Counted from the stretch's first letter, positions 25,613 through 40,060 are shown. The stretch: DNA of 64,000 bases from Lama glama (GCA_028534125.1 CM052818.1:15068001-15132000), one strand, 5' to 3'. Numbers and translations are program-made. Notes: generated from the sequence alone by a model not told the origin.

Positions 25613-28600
25613 AGGAATTTCCTGGGGACAAATTCTTAAAAGTAGAAATTATTGGATCATAAATTATGCACATAAAACTTTACACATGTTGGTAGGTTTA
25701 TCCTCTACAAAGGCAATGTCAAGTGTATACTCCCACCACAGTATTTGGGTGTGCTTTTTTCCCTCTGTCGTCTCCAACACTGAATATTATCTTTTTAGGA
25801 ATCTTTGCCAATTTGATAGGTTAAAATATGTCAGATTCCCCTTTTCAAAAATAGTTCATATTGTACTTTAAATTAACATTTAAAAAATGTATTTCAGTAC
25901 TGTAGTTTCTTTCTGACAGTAGATCTAGGTGTCCTAAGATGCTTGGTTGAAGTGATACGCAAATGCAGTCAAGGCTGAGAGCTACTTGACTATTAAAAAT
26001 CAGTGCTATCCTGCTAATGCCTGTTACAGGAGAATACTGATTAGATGACTGACTGGTAGAGCTTCTGCCTATGTGGGCCATCAGCACTATATCACCAGAA
26101 AAAAATAAGTTGGCTATATAGATATTTTATAGTTGGAAAGTAACATATTAATTGTACCTAAGAAGGAGATATGCTAATAGATTTGGACCATTTTGGGAAA
26201 AGGACAAAGTGGAAATTTAAAAAATTCAAATCAATCTTTATATCTATATCTATATTTATATCTATCTATGTCTTTTAGGTCTTGATTCTCTTTCCTTGAA
26301 ACTCAGGTATGATTGTGTACTCCTGTTACTAAATTTTTTTATTGCTTTCTTGCCATCTAAAATCTAGACTTTTTAGCATGATAGTCAAGATTAAATAAGA
26401 ACTGTCCTTATCTTTTTAATGTCTTATAATGCTGCTTTCCCATAGGAAATAATAATGAAACAATAATATCAAATAATGTTTTTGAAGCCTTGAACTTTAT
26501 GCCAGAAACTGGGGTAAGTGCTTCAAGGTAGATATTTTTACTGTATTAAGGATGGAAAAATAGGTTTTGAGAATGTAAGCAACTTTCCCCAGATCAAATG
26601 ATAAATAGAGTTTACTTTTCTGCCCTCCTGGCCCCAGTACCCTAACTAATTAAATTTATTTTTTGCTAATGTAAAGTTCTCAATTGACTGCTCTATCTAG
26701 CAGAGTCCAGCAGGGTCTCAGAGAGAGTTTTTTTTCTCCCCTCTGCCTTGGAGGAGCTTTAAGAGTTCCATTGGGTCCAGCAAGTCACTTAAAATAACAA
26801 TGATGGAGATAAACTTGGAACAACATACTAATTTCCTTCTTCTGGACACTTGGAGTATATTAGAATGCCCGAGAAGGGAAATGCACCTCCCACAGAGTAT
26901 TCCATTGGATAATAAAATTCTTGAGTGAGTTGCTTTGAGTTGATGATCTATGGCAGTGTGCATATTTTATTTTTATATTCCATAGCAAGATACAGCAATA
27001 ATAATTTGGGGCATTAGGGACAGTAATAGATTGTCAGCTATTATTACTTTTAATGAAATGAGAGTCCCATTGGAAAATGATGGGGAATTAATGATTTAAG
27101 CAATAAGCCAAAATCATTCCACCTTGTCCAAAAGAGATTGGAGGAACATCTCCCTTCTCAATAAGTTTCCTCCCTCTGGCTTAGAGGAAATGATTTAAAA
27201 GTTGAAGAAACGCCCAAGTTTATGAGGGAGAATAACATGGCTATACAAAGTGCTGTGATTCCTGAGTCCTTGCTGTTGTGTGTTTTGAGCTCTGTTGAAG
27301 ATGCCAGTGCTGCATAGTGTATTTGGTTGCCAGTGGCAATGCTTGGCTTCTAAGGAACCATTCTAAGCTCATAAACCTGAGGCTTCTTATTAGAAGTCCC
27401 TAACGTAAATAGCCTTACAGAATTGCTGGTCCTCAACTCCCCTTTCCACCATGCAGAGGACATTCCCTTAAAAGGAATTGCTCAAGGGGCTTTACCGCTT
27501 TCAGTCATTTTTTCCACAAGGTTTCTACCCAGGATGTCCATCAAGAGGCTCATACGTGAACATTGTTTGAAATTCCACTTCCTAGGAAAACTTGGTAAAG
27601 GAACTGTGATGGTGTTTAGTTTTTTTCACCAACCAAAATATGCAAAAATGTATGATTTATTCATTATTCTTTGTCACAAAATATATAGAAGCAAAAAATG
27701 TATCTCAAGTTTTGCCCTGCCTCCCTCTTTTCCTTCTATTTATTGAGAGAAAAGTGCCCTTGTGAGGTTGGTGACTTTCTCAGCTCCCTCAATAGCTGAA
27801 GCTGCTGGCAACCTGTATAAAGAAAGGCACAGCAGCAGCCTGTGCACAAGCAGAGTGTTCTAGGTGTGTCCCTCCCCACTGGCCTCTTAGGACCTTGGAT
27901 CTTACTTGGTTCTCTTGGCTTTACTCGGACACTTTGGTCTTCACTCCTAGCCTCTTTGGATGATGATTCAGGTGGATGGTCCGCCTGGGCTTTGGTTTGG
28001 CTCCTCCCTGCTATGCTGCTTCTCGTTGTAGCCTGTGGGTAAGTGTCAGACCTCTCTGTGCCCAGGTCCCTGGGCTCTCCTACTTGGCCCAAACCTCAGC
28101 CTCTGGGCCCTGACTTGCCTGGAAAGAGGGTGCTAAATTCAAGGCAATATCAAAGGTGCTGAGGGAAGAGGTGCTTGAGAGGAGTATGACGAATTAGGTG
28201 GCAATGTTTCTTCCTTTCTAGAAGTCAGGAAGAGTAGATGAGAGGCACATTTGAAAGATAATTTATGATTTAGATAATATGATTCATAGGATATTACAGG
28301 ATAGCTGTACAGATCATTCAGTACATATTTACTGTGCATCTACCCACATGGTACTTTTTTATTTTTTAACTGACTGTGTAGTACCATAAATTATTATTGG
28401 GTGTAGTTGGTAGAGAATATGTTCCATTTATTTCAATATTGAGTTAGCATATGTTATATGAGGTATATTTATTTTAATGAAATTGACGAGAGTATACTTA
28501 ATTCTGAAGTCATACTTACCTTTTGTATTTAGTTTTATAATTTAATGTTTTATTATACCCAGTATACCAAATGGAAAAAAAGCTCATTTTAACCATTTGG

Positions 28601-30314
28601 GCTTTTTGTTTATTAGACAACAAATTACACAACACTGAATATACTTTAATCTTGAATTATTCAGAAGGCACTTTGTGGGCTTGCGTAGCCTCAGGGCAGA
28701 TCAAATGAAGCTGTAGACACATTGAAATGTAGATACATTACCCAGAGGTAAATAGATTTATGGTAAATATGGTGGTATACAGGATAGGAACTGAAAGTGC
28801 CTGGTATCAGAGAATTGCAATAAACAGAATGCTGAGTTTACCTGAAGTTTAACTTTATTTCGGAGTAGAAAGCATATGATCCAGAACAGTTAAGAAAAAA
28901 TACAACCTGAATACTTGTATTCAGTATAAATGTATTAAATTGTACATATAAATTACTGAATGTAGGCTATATACAAAGCACTTGGCCCTGCTGACAAGAT
29001 GCACAGTGGGCCTTTTGAAGAGCCTGGAGGGTATTGACTGCCCACCAAGAGTTTTTAACTTGCCAAAGAAATAAGACAAGGACCCAGGTAAGCAGTTTGT
29101 GAAGAGCTAAAGTGTGAGGGTGGCAGGAGGATCCTGTGTTGGGAGTTGTATAGTTTGAAGGAAGGAAGACTTCCAGAAGGAAAAGAAAAATTGCAGATTA
29201 ATTTGTTGGCAAGGGTATAATCTATTCTGGTCCTCACAAAGCAAACATCTTAACAGTGTAGAGACTAAGATGGAATTATGTTCAGTAACTTAAGTGCACT
29301 GTTTGTTTCTTAAGTTCACAGCCATTTTGGAAGCAGCATAGTACTTAAGTGTTCTAGAGCCTTGGTCATTAAATGTTTTGTGTAGAGTGTGGCAGGTTGA
29401 AAAGTTTGGGAACCTGAGATGAGGGGAGGAAGGTCAAGCTTTCCATGGGTTTGCTCTTTCCTGCCCATACAGTAAGCCCAGTATCTTTCTAGTACAAGCC
29501 TAACCGTGTACTAGTGTTTGCTGATACCAGGACATTTCTTTAGGCTATTTTATACCCCTCCTTTTCCTCAAAGTCAGTAGTCTAGTATGAAATATAATAT
29601 ATTTTCATAAACATAGTGTTTTTCCCCTTGTAAAACCACTTCAAAGTATTTAAAAATATATGTATATTGAAAGCACTTCAAGTGTTTTTCCCCCAGGAAA
29701 TTTATTTGTAAAAGTTGGGTGTATGTTATACATGTGTGCATTTGCTATGTAGATCAGTAGGGTACCAGGGCTGGCAAAGATCTGTGTTGGAAAAGGCAGT
29801 CTTTTGGCACCCACTTGATTCTATAAGAATGGACCTTTGAGCTTAGAACACTTTCCTTATCAAGTGACAAAAAGCCCACACAGCCTGTGCTGGGCTTAAC
29901 ACCTTGTGTGGGGACATCTTTCCCTGTTTCAGGCTCATTGGATGCTCTCTTGTTGCTGCTTAAATCGTATGTGTTATATAGCTCCTGAGTTACCCCAGTT
30001 GTTCTCCAGAAGAAGGAACAGGGTCTTTCTGCTGTGGTGCCTGAGGGATGTGTGTAGCAAACTGACCTGCATAGGCCTCTGGCAGAGATTCACTGGCTGT
30101 GGGGACTGATGGCCCCTATTGAAGCTGATCTTGCATTGTATTTTCTCTGTGCATGTACAGCATTGATCCATCCAATATTTGACTGCATTTTGTTCTTGGC
30201 CAATCCGACACCAAGATACAATGGGTAGAACTGTTTAGAATCATTCTTTGGGATTGGTAACTAGTGAAAAGTAATCTAGTTGACAGTCTGAGATGGAAGT
30301 AGAAGATAATGTCA

Positions 30315-30505
30315 TGAGTTTGGGACCCCTTTGATGGTATTAGTGCCCTTATGAAAAAAAGAAGAGATCAGAGGCTCCCTCTTTTTCTACCATGTGAGTA
30401 TGATAGTTAGAAATTCAGGAAAAGAGCCCTCACCAAGAACTGAATCTGCTAACACTTTGATTTTGGACTTCCCAAGCTCCAGACTATGAGAAATAAATTT
30501 TAAGC
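30315..30505 (+). mobile_element. Partial MLT1A/B-type LTR
   Basis: ATTAGTGCCCTTAT...TGAATCTGCTAACACTTTGATTTTGGACTTCCC...GAGAAATAAATT. Confidence 0.7.
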
Positions 30506-30577
30506 TACATGTATGTGCATACTGACAAAAATAAAATCATATGCCATTATTTTAAAATAATGCAAATACAGATATAG

Positions 30578-33500
30578 CCAAGATGGTGGAATAGGAAGAC
30601 CCTGAGCTCACCTCTTTTTGCAGGCACACCAAAGTTAAAGCTAAAGATATAAAAAAGGAAACAATGAGATGCGTAGGAGGGGCTAAGATGTGGTATAGTT
30701 AGGACTCACACTCCCATGTAGGCACCCCATAAACAAAATAATCACAATTGCAGAGGTTCTCCCTTAGGAGTGAGGAGTCTGAGACCCATGTGGCACTCCC
30801 CAGCCCAAGCATCCTACACCAGGAAGGCAAGCCCCTAGAACATCTGGCTTTGGGGACCAGCAGGACTTACGAATGAGAGCCAGGGAACATAGGAAATGAA
30901 GTGTCTGCCCTTCAAGGGTACACACAATATCCTACATGCCCTGAGTCCCAGTGCAAGGGAGTAATTTGAAAGAAGTCTGGGCCAGACCCACTAGCTGATT
31001 CCAGACAGCCTCCTGGAGAGGCAGGAGGCAACTGGGATTTTCCCTGGGAACATAAACATGATGGCAGCCATTTTCGGAGCTCATTCTACACTAGTGCTGG
31101 CAAGTACACTTTTAGCACTAACATATTAGCACTAAGGGCTTATTTGCCTGCCAGTATGCTGATGCCAGCCCTGGGCCCTCCCTGACCCAGAGCAAGGTGC
31201 CCCAGGAACTGGCGCTACCCACCAGTGGGCTGCCACCAGCTCCAGGCCCCCACAGCCCCGGCTGCTCTGGGACCAAGCCCTACATGCCAGCTTTTCTACA
31301 CCAGCCCCAGAACCCACTGGGCCACAGTCAGTTGTGCCAGGACAAAACCCCACCCCGTAGTGAGCCAGTACCAGCCCTGGGCTTCCTTGGACTAACAGCC
31401 AGTTGCCCCAGGACCTGGCCATGAGCAATGATGGGGCCTGGCAGCCACCCATCCTGTGAGTGTGCCCACAGTAGCCAGTCCTACTGCAAAGGATCTGGGC
31501 CCCATAAGATGTCTCCTACAAAAGTTTACTTCTCCAAAATCAGAAAATGGAATTGAACTACCTAATACATAAAAATAAGCACAGAAAATTAGGTAAAATC
31601 AGGAGACAGAGGAAAATTTTCCAAATGAAGGAACAAGACAGAACTCCAGAAGAACAACTAAGCAAAGTAGAAATAAGGAATCTACCGTAAAGAGTTCAAG
31701 GTAATGATCATAAAGATGCTCAATGAACTTGGGAGAGGAATAAATGAACACAGTGGGAAAGTTTAACAAAGACTTAGAAGATATAATGAAGAACCAAGCA
31801 GAGCTGAAGAATACAGTGGCTGGTGTAAAAAATACACTAGAAGTAATCAACAGTAGCTTAGATAATACAAAGCAACAGATCAGCAAAGTAGAAAACAGAA
31901 TTGTTAAACTTACTGAAACTGAATAGAAATAATAAAAAATAATTTTAAAAAAATGAGGATAGCTTAAGAGAAATCTGGGACAATATCAGTTGTACTAACA
32001 TTTGTATTATAGGAGCCCAGAAGGAGAAGAGAAAGAGAAAGGGGCAGGGAACTTATTTGAAGAAATAATAGCTGAAAACTTGTTTAATAACCTGGGAAAG
32101 GAAACAGACATTTAGGTCCCAGAAGTACAGAGAGTCCCAAACAAGATCAACCCCCAAAAGTTCACATCAAGACATATTATAATATTAAAATAGAAATAAT
32201 TAAAGATAAAGAGAGGATCTTAAAAGTAGCAAGGGAAAAAGAACTATATGTGTATAAGGGAACTCCCTTAAGACTAGCAACTGACTTTTCAGGAGAAACT
32301 TTGCATGCCAGAAGGGAATGGCATGATATATTCAAAGTGATGAAAGGAAAAAACCCTACATCCAAGAATACTGTACCTGGCAAGGCTATCAATCAGATAT
32401 GAAGGAGAGATACAGACAAGCAAAGAAGAGCTGTACAAACAAGCAAAAGCTAAAATAGTTCAGCACCTCCAAGCTGGCCTTATAAGAAATGTTCTCTAAT
32501 TTGAAAAGAAAAGAGCACAACTAGAAATAAGAAATTACTGAAGGAAAAATCTCATTAGTAAGGGCAAACATACAGTAAAGTTAGTAGATCAACCACATAT
32601 AAGTCTAATAGAAATATTAAAAGACAAAAGTAGCAAAATCAACTTGACCCTTGAACAACATGGGGGCTAGGGGCACAGGCCCTTTGCACAGTGGAAAATA
32701 CACATATAACTTATAGTCAGCCCTCACGTACAAAAGTCCACATCCATAGTTCTCCATTTCTGAGTTTCCACATCTGTGGATTCAGCCAACACTGATCATG
32801 TACTACTGTAGTATTCACTTAAAAAAAGAAGTTTAAGTGGACACAGAGTTCTTCAAATCTATTTTGTCCCAGAGTCAACTGTATATTCATAATAAGTAGT
32901 TAAGGGATACACAAAACAATACTTAAAATATGATGTCAAAAACATTAAGTCTGGAGGGGTAGTAAAAATTCAGGATTGTTAGAATGTGTTCAATCTTAAG
33001 AGATCATAAACTTAAAATAATTACATATATAGAGGTTATTATATATAAACCTCATGATAGCTAAACTAAAAATCTGTAATAGATACACACAGAAAAGAGA
33101 AAGGAGTCCAAACACAGCATTAAAAACTGTCCTCTAATCTCAAGGGAAGAAAGCAAAATAACAAAGGAACAGAAAAAAATACAAAAACATCCTAAAAACA
33201 ACAAAAGTGTATTAAGTACATGTCTATCCATAATTCTTTAAAGGTAAATGGAATGAACACTCCTATCAAAAGACATAGAGTGGCTAAATGGATACAAAAA
33301 CAAAATACATACATACACACATACATACATACATGCATACATACATACAAAAACAAATCCATATATATGCTGCCGACATATATATGAACACACTAAAGAG
33401 ACTCACTTCAGATTTAAAGACGCATACAGATTGCAAGTGAGGGAATGGAAAAAGGTCTTCAATGCAAATGGTAACAAAAAACCCTCTGGAGTAGCAGTAT

Positions 33501-36500
33501 TTATTACACAAAATAGATATTAAAACAAAAAGGCAAAGAAGGACATCATATAATAATAAAGGGATCAGTTCAACAAGAAGATATAAGAACTGTAAATATA
33601 TATAGGCCCAACATAGAAGCATCTAAATATATAAAGTAAATATTAACAAACATAAAGGGAGAAATTGACAGGAACACAATCATAGTAGGGGACTACAACA
33701 CCCCACTTAGATCAATGAACAGGTCATGCACACAAAAGATTAGTAAGGAAACACTGGTCTTAAATAACACATTAGAGCACATACATACACATAAAACATT
33801 CCATCCAAAAGCAGCACAATACTCATTGTTTTTAAGTGCACATGGAACATTCTCCAGGAAAGATCACATACGAGGCCACAAAGCAAGTCTCAGTTGATAT
33901 AAGAGAACTGAAATCATATCGAGCACCTTTTCTGACCACAATGGCAGAAGACTAGAAACTAACTACAAAACAAATAAACAAAAAAGCAACAAATACAGCA
34001 AAATTAACCTGCAAAACCACAAACACACGGAGGCTAAACAATATGCTACTAGACAACCAACTGGTCACTGAAGAAATCAAAGTAATTTTAAAAAATTTCA
34101 TGGAGATATATGAAAACAATATAATGATTCAGAATTTATAGGATCCATAATTTATGAAAGCAAAACAGTTCTAAGAGGGAAATTTATAATGATACCAGCC
34201 TATCTCAGGAGAGAAGAAAATTAACAATCTAAGAAACTTACACTTAAAGGAACTTGAAAAAGAAGAATAAACAAAGCCAAAAGTTAGTAGAAGGAAGGAC
34301 ATCATAAAGATCAGAGCTGAAACGAAATAGAGACTGAAAAAACAGAAAAGATCAATGAGCCTAAGACCTGATTCTTTGAAAAGATAAACAAAATCAATAA
34401 ACCTTTAGCCAGACTTACCAAGAAAAAAAGAGAGAGGGCACAAATAAATAAAATCAGAAATTCAAAAGAAGTTGCAACCAATACCTCAGAAATAGAATCA
34501 TAAGAGATTACTATGAACAATTATACACCAATAAAATGGACTGTCTAGAAGAAATGGACAAATTCCTATATACATACAATCTTAAAGACTGAGCCAAGAA
34601 GAAATAGAAACCAATTACTAGTAATGAAGTTGAATCAGTAATTTAAAAAACTCCCAACAAACAAAAGTCCAGGACCAGTGACTTCACATGTGAATTCTAC
34701 CAATCATTTAGAGTTTACACCTAGTTTTTCCAAACTATTCAAAAAAAAAATTGAAGAGTAAGAAGTGATTCTGAACTCATTCTATGAGGCTACCATCACC
34801 TGCATACCAAAACCAGACAAAGACACCACACACAAAAAATTACAGGCCAATATCCTTTATGAACATAGATGCAAGTATCCTCAACAATATATTAGCAAAC
34901 CAAATTCAACAGTGTATTAAAAGAATCATGCACCATGATCAAGTGGGATTTATCCCAGGGATACAAGGATGGCTCTTGCAAGTGCCTGTAAATCAGTCAT
35001 TGTGGTACACCACATGAACAAACTAAAGGACAATAATCATATGACCATCTTAATAGATGCAGAGAAGTGTTTGACAAGTCAGCATCCATTTAGTATAAGC
35101 ACTCTCAACAATGTGGTTATAGAAGAAACGTACCTCAACATAATGAAGGCCATATGAAGGACAAACCTAAAGGCAGTATCATACTGAATGGTGAAAAGCT
35201 GAAAGCATTTCCTCTAAGATCAGGAACAAGGCAAGGATGCCCACTCTTGCCACTTTTATTCAACATAGTATTGTCTTATAGTCCTAGCCAAAATCTGTTG
35301 TGTTTCTATACTAACAATAAAGTATCAGGGAAATTAAGAAAACAATCCCACTTCAATCACATCAAAAGGAATAAAATATCTAGGAATAAATCTAACTAAA
35401 GAGGTAAAAGACCTGTACTCAGACAACTATAAGACATTGGTGAAAGAAATTGAAGATGATGCAATAGATAAAAAGATTACAAGAACTAATGGATTACAAG
35501 AACTGATATTGTTAAAATGAGCATATTACACAAGGCAATCTAAAGGTTCAGTGCAATTCCAATCAAAATACCAATGGCATTTTTCACAGAACTAGAACAA
35601 ATAATTCTAAAATTTGTATAGAAGCACAAAAGACCCCAAATAGCCAAAACAGTCTCAAGAAAGAAAAAGAAAATGAGGTATCATTCTCTCTGATTTCAAA
35701 CTATACTACAAAGCTTCAGTAATCAAAGCAGTATGATTATGGAACACAAATAGACACAATGGAACAGAATACAGAGTCAAGACGTGAATCTACACTTATA
35801 TAGTCAATTAATTTACAACAAAGGAGGCAAGAATATACAATGGGTAAAAGACAGCCTTTCAGTAAATGGTGTTAGAAAACTGAATGGCTACATGTAAAAG
35901 AATGAAATTAAAACATTTTCTCACACCATATATAAAAAAAAAAACTCAAAATGGATGAAAGACCTAAATGTAAGAATAGAAACCATAAAACTCCAGAAAG
36001 AAAACATAGGCAGAACACTCTTTGACATAAATTGCAACAACATTTTTTTTTTTGGATCTATCTCCTAAGGCAAAGGAAACAAAAGCAAAAATTAACAACT
36101 GGGACCAAATTAAACTTAAAAGCTTTTACATAGCAAAGAAAATCATTGACAAGACAAAAAGACAACATACCAAGTGGAAGAAAATATTTGCAAGTGATGC
36201 AACTGACATGGGGTTAATATCTAAGATATATAAACAGCTCATACTCAATATAAAAAAAAACCCAATTAAAAAAAGCAGAAGATCTGAATAGATATTTTTC
36301 CAAAGAAGACATACAGATGGCCAACAGGCCCATGAAAAGATGCTCAACATTGCTCATCATCAGAGAAATGCCAATCAAACCAGTGAGATATCACCTCACA
36401 CCCATCAGAATGGCTGTCATCAAAAAGACCACAAAAATCGAATGTTGATGAGGATGTGAGAAAAGGGAACACTTACACAATGTTGGTGGGAATGTAAATT

Positions 36501-37195
36501 GGTTTACCCAAAACAGAAGACTATATGGAGGTTCCTCAAAAAACTAAAAATAGAATTACCATATGATCCAGAATTCCACTCCTAAATATATACCTGAAGA
36601 AAACAAACATGCTAATTCAAAAGGATACATGCACTCCAATGTTCATAGCAGTATTGTTTACAATAGCCAAGACATGGAAGCAACCTAAGCACCAATCAGA
36701 TGAATGAGTAAAGATGATACATATGGAATGGAATACTCAACCATAGAAAGGAATGAAATCCTGCCCTTTGCAACAACATATATGGACCTAGAGTAAATTA
36801 TGCTAATGGAATTAAGTCAGAGAAGACAAATACTGTATGATTTCACTTACATATAAAATGAAAAACAAAAGAAATGAATAAACATAAGAGAAACAGACTC
36901 ATAGATACAGAGAACAAACAGGTGGTTTCCAGAGGGGAGGGGATGGGGTGATGAGAGGAATATTTAGAGGTACAGACTTCCAGTTATAAAATAAATAAGT
37001 CGTGGGGATGTAATGTACAGTGTTGGGAATATCATCAATAATATTGTAATAACTTTGTATGGTGATAAATGGTAACTAGACTGACTGTGGCTGTCATTTT
37101 GTAATGTATGAAAGTATCAAATCACTGTTTTACACCTAAAACTAATGTAATTAAGTCAATTACATTTCAATTAAAAAACGAATTAAAAAATAAAA
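30578..37195 (+). mobile_element. Full-length but decayed LINE-1 (5' UTR, ORF1, ORF2, 3' UTR, A tail)
   Basis: Starts CCAAGATGGTGGAATAGGAAGACCCTGAGCTCACC. ORF1 coiled coil at 31744-31926. Endonuclease motifs include GDYNTPL at about 33690 and SDH at about 33931. RT motifs are [20 protein letters not shown] and GTRQGCPL. C-terminal ORF2 and 3' UTR are present. Many stops and frameshifts. Confidence 0.96.
32640..32881 (-). mobile_element. Tigger2-derived MITE nested in the L1 inter-ORF region
   Basis: Terminal inverted repeats TTGACCCTTGAACAAC...GTCAACTG followed by TA. L1 sequence resumes after 32881. Confidence 0.8.
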
Positions 37196-37452
37196 TGACA
37201 CACACACTAATTTATTAGAGCCACTAATTTATTTAATTCAAACCAGGCCTGAAGGAAAATAAATGAGACACAGTGACTTGAGGTGTTTCTCCTCACATAG
37301 GAATGAAGGAATTTTCTATAGCAGTATAGACACCAGGTTGAATAGTTTCCCATGACAACCAATTAGTATGTTTGAAATTAATGGTTACATTCCGCAGGAG
37401 ATAGTAGTATAGTTTTGAAGTCTTAGTATCTTAAGGGAACTTAATACGAGTA

Positions 37453-37680
37453 TGGTTAACTCTTGAACAACACAGGGGTTAAGGCATTGACCCCTGAGTA
37501 ATTGAAAATCTGACTATATCTTTACAGGCAGCCTTCTGTATCCGTGGTTCTGTATCCCTGGTTCTGCATGAGGATTCAACCAACTGAGGATCGTATCGTA
37601 CTGTAGTACGAATTTATTGAAGAAAATCCATGTATAAGTGGACCTGTGCAGTCCAAACCCATGTTGTTCAAGGTCAACTG
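37453..37680 (-). mobile_element. Tigger2-derived MITE (second copy)
   Basis: TA + TGGTTAACTCTTGAACAACAC...TGTTGTTCAAGGTCAACTG inverted termini. The interior is similar to 32640-32881. Confidence 0.85.
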
Positions 37681-39139
37681 TCATCTATACTTCTTCTGAT
37701 TATGAAATACAAAGTAGAATGGTCACAGGACCTGGAAAAGATAAAAATTTCCCCAAGGACCTGTTCTCAGTCTTTATCTTTAAGAAGTTCTTGTAATAGT
37801 TATACCACCAGAGTGTTGTTTCCACACTGCACGTGTGACAGCTACCACGGAGTTTAGCAGCTGTTGGTAAAATGGTACGGAGATTGAAGTAAGAATTCAG
37901 AAAGTTCTTTTCCTTGCTATTTGTTTACATTATCTTTGTAACCTTGAACTTGTCACCTAATTCTTCATTCTTATTTGAAAAATCAGAAGCTGTGCTTCAC
38001 AGGGTTTTGTTTTTTTTTAAAGACTTGATCATTGTAAATTATGTTGAAAAATGAAGTGTTAGATAAGAGATGAAGAATACATGTATGGATGTTTATTTTA
38101 GAACTCAATCTTATATTGTCATTACTTTACAACATGATTTTATGGTTTTCTCCGAGCCACTTTTTTCCTTCATTCCGAACAAAGCTTCTTGCCAGGTGTC
38201 TAATGTCCTTATGTCCCCTAACTCAAGATTTTGTAAAGAGTGTAACTAGTGTATTGTAGTTGATTAACAAGGTGTATATTTATTCTGAGTACTGATTTAA
38301 TAAGATATTCTTACACTACATAAATGCAGGTCCTTAAATGCCCAGTTTCTTACAATGGGAGCATTTATTTCCCATTAATTTGTTCTTTTGCCAAAATCTT
38401 GCATTGTTCTTAAGTATTGTAAGGCCAAAATATGGTGAGCTGCTGCCTCGTAATCTGACTTTTCACCCCCCAATACGCTCAAGCTTCTTTTGACTTCCTT
38501 TTTCTTGGCAGTTTTAACTCTGCTTCAGTTGGACTAAGCTACTCACTGCTCTCCATGCATATCTGACATCCGTGGTCACCCTCTTTTCCCTCCTTGGAAT
38601 GTTCATTCCCCTGCTCTCCTTTCCTATCTGAGTGAGACCTTCTCATTTTGTGAAGCACGGCTCAAGGCTGCCCTGATCTCCTCCCTCTAGGAAGAGTTCT
38701 CCCTCTTTTGAGTTCCTACTCTTTCCGTCATCCATCCTGCTCCCATCTTTGTTTTATCTCAAGAATGGATTGGAAGATCAATTATGATGTGATTCTCTTT
38801 ATACCTCTTTGCATCTCCTTAATGTCTAAGTGTTGCAGACTTATGATAAGTTGGTGGGTGTTGTGGATAAACTCTTTGATTCCATCCTCTAGTATTGGAA
38901 ATAATGTTTAATATTTTCCCAATGAGACTATTTCAGGCAAGTCATATAAGGCCACCAAAGAATGAACAAAAGATAAGACAGGTTAGCTTAGCTTTTTAAA
39001 TGGCTAACTCTGATGAAATTAATGTATAAAGTTAAATTTTGAAATGTTCAATATAAAGAAGGCCAAAAAATTGCTGTGTTGATTAGTAGCATGAATTTCT
39101 TCTTTAGTGAAGGCTTTAATTGCTAGCCCAATGTAATTT

Positions 39140-39283
39140 CTTTTTTAATTTGAAAATTTGAGGGGGGCAGGGGAAGGTAAAATTAGGTTTTTACTTATTT
39201 TAATGGAGGCACTGGGGATTGAACCCAGGACCTCATGCATGCAAGGCATGTACTCTACCACTGAGCTATATCCTCCTCCCACC
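39140..39283 (-). mobile_element. tRNA-derived SINE (Vic-1-like, camelid)
   Basis: On the minus strand there is an A box (TAGCTCAGTGG) and a B box (GGTTCAATCC), then an A-rich tail. TSD ATGTAATTT at 39131-39139 and 39284-39292. Confidence 0.85.
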
Positions 39284-39399
39284 ATGTAATTTTTAGTTCA
39301 ATTAAAAAGTAGAAATTGTAGCCCTAAAACTTCTGGCTAGTTCTGTTTTGTCAGACAGTTATAAGATTACAACTAAACTTCTATTATTTGCTTATTTAT

Positions 39400-40060
39400 G
39401 CAAGTATCTCTTCATGAATTTACTATCTCTTAAATATGGTATTTCATTCACTTAGTAGTTTTGTATTCACTGAAGGTTAAAATAGACCACAACAAGTAAA
39501 CAAATTAATAAAATACTTATTCTACAGGAAATAAGCAGGGGAACTGTGATATCATGAGTCAGGCAAAGAGCATTCCAGAGGCAAGGAGTACTAAGCACAA
39601 AGTAGTGGAGGTAGAAGAGCTTCAGGAGTGCCAGGGAGACCAGAGTGATGGTCCACTGTGGCGGAGGGCAAGAATGAAAAAAAGTGAAGTTGAGGAGAGG
39701 GCCAGAGGCTAGATCAAGCAAGATCTAGGAGGCCACAGGAGGAGATTGGGCTTTATTGAAAGGGCAAGGGGAAGCCTTTGAAAGATCAGAGGCAGAGCAG
39801 TGATAGGATCTGACTGCATTTTGAAAAGGATCTTTCAGTCTATTATGGGAAGAATGAGTTACAGGAGTCAAGAGCAGAAGAAAAAGGCCAGTCAAGAGAT
39901 TGGTGCCATGGTGGCTTGGGCCAGGGTATTGAGTGTGGAGACAGAGGAGAGTATGGTTTTGAGAAAAATTTGGAGATGGAACCCCCGGAAGTTGGTGATA
40001 GATGGGATGTGGCAGGTGATGTAAGGGATGAATCAAGGATGAATTCCATAGCTTTTCATC
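39400..40060 (-). mobile_element. LINE-2 remnant
   Basis: AAGAGCATTCCAGAGGCAAGG, GATCTGACTGCATTTTGAAAAGGATC and GGAACCCCCGGAAGTTGGTGATAGATGGGATGTGG are L2 antisense motifs. Confidence 0.75.

Noticed and set aside
30578..37195. Potentially active L1
   Set aside because: Both ORFs are fragmented, the RT catalytic motif is deleted, and there are MITE and microsatellite insertions.
39205..39280. tRNA-like sequence
   Set aside because: It has an A-rich tail and TSD and lacks a full cloverleaf, so it is a SINE rather than a tRNA gene.
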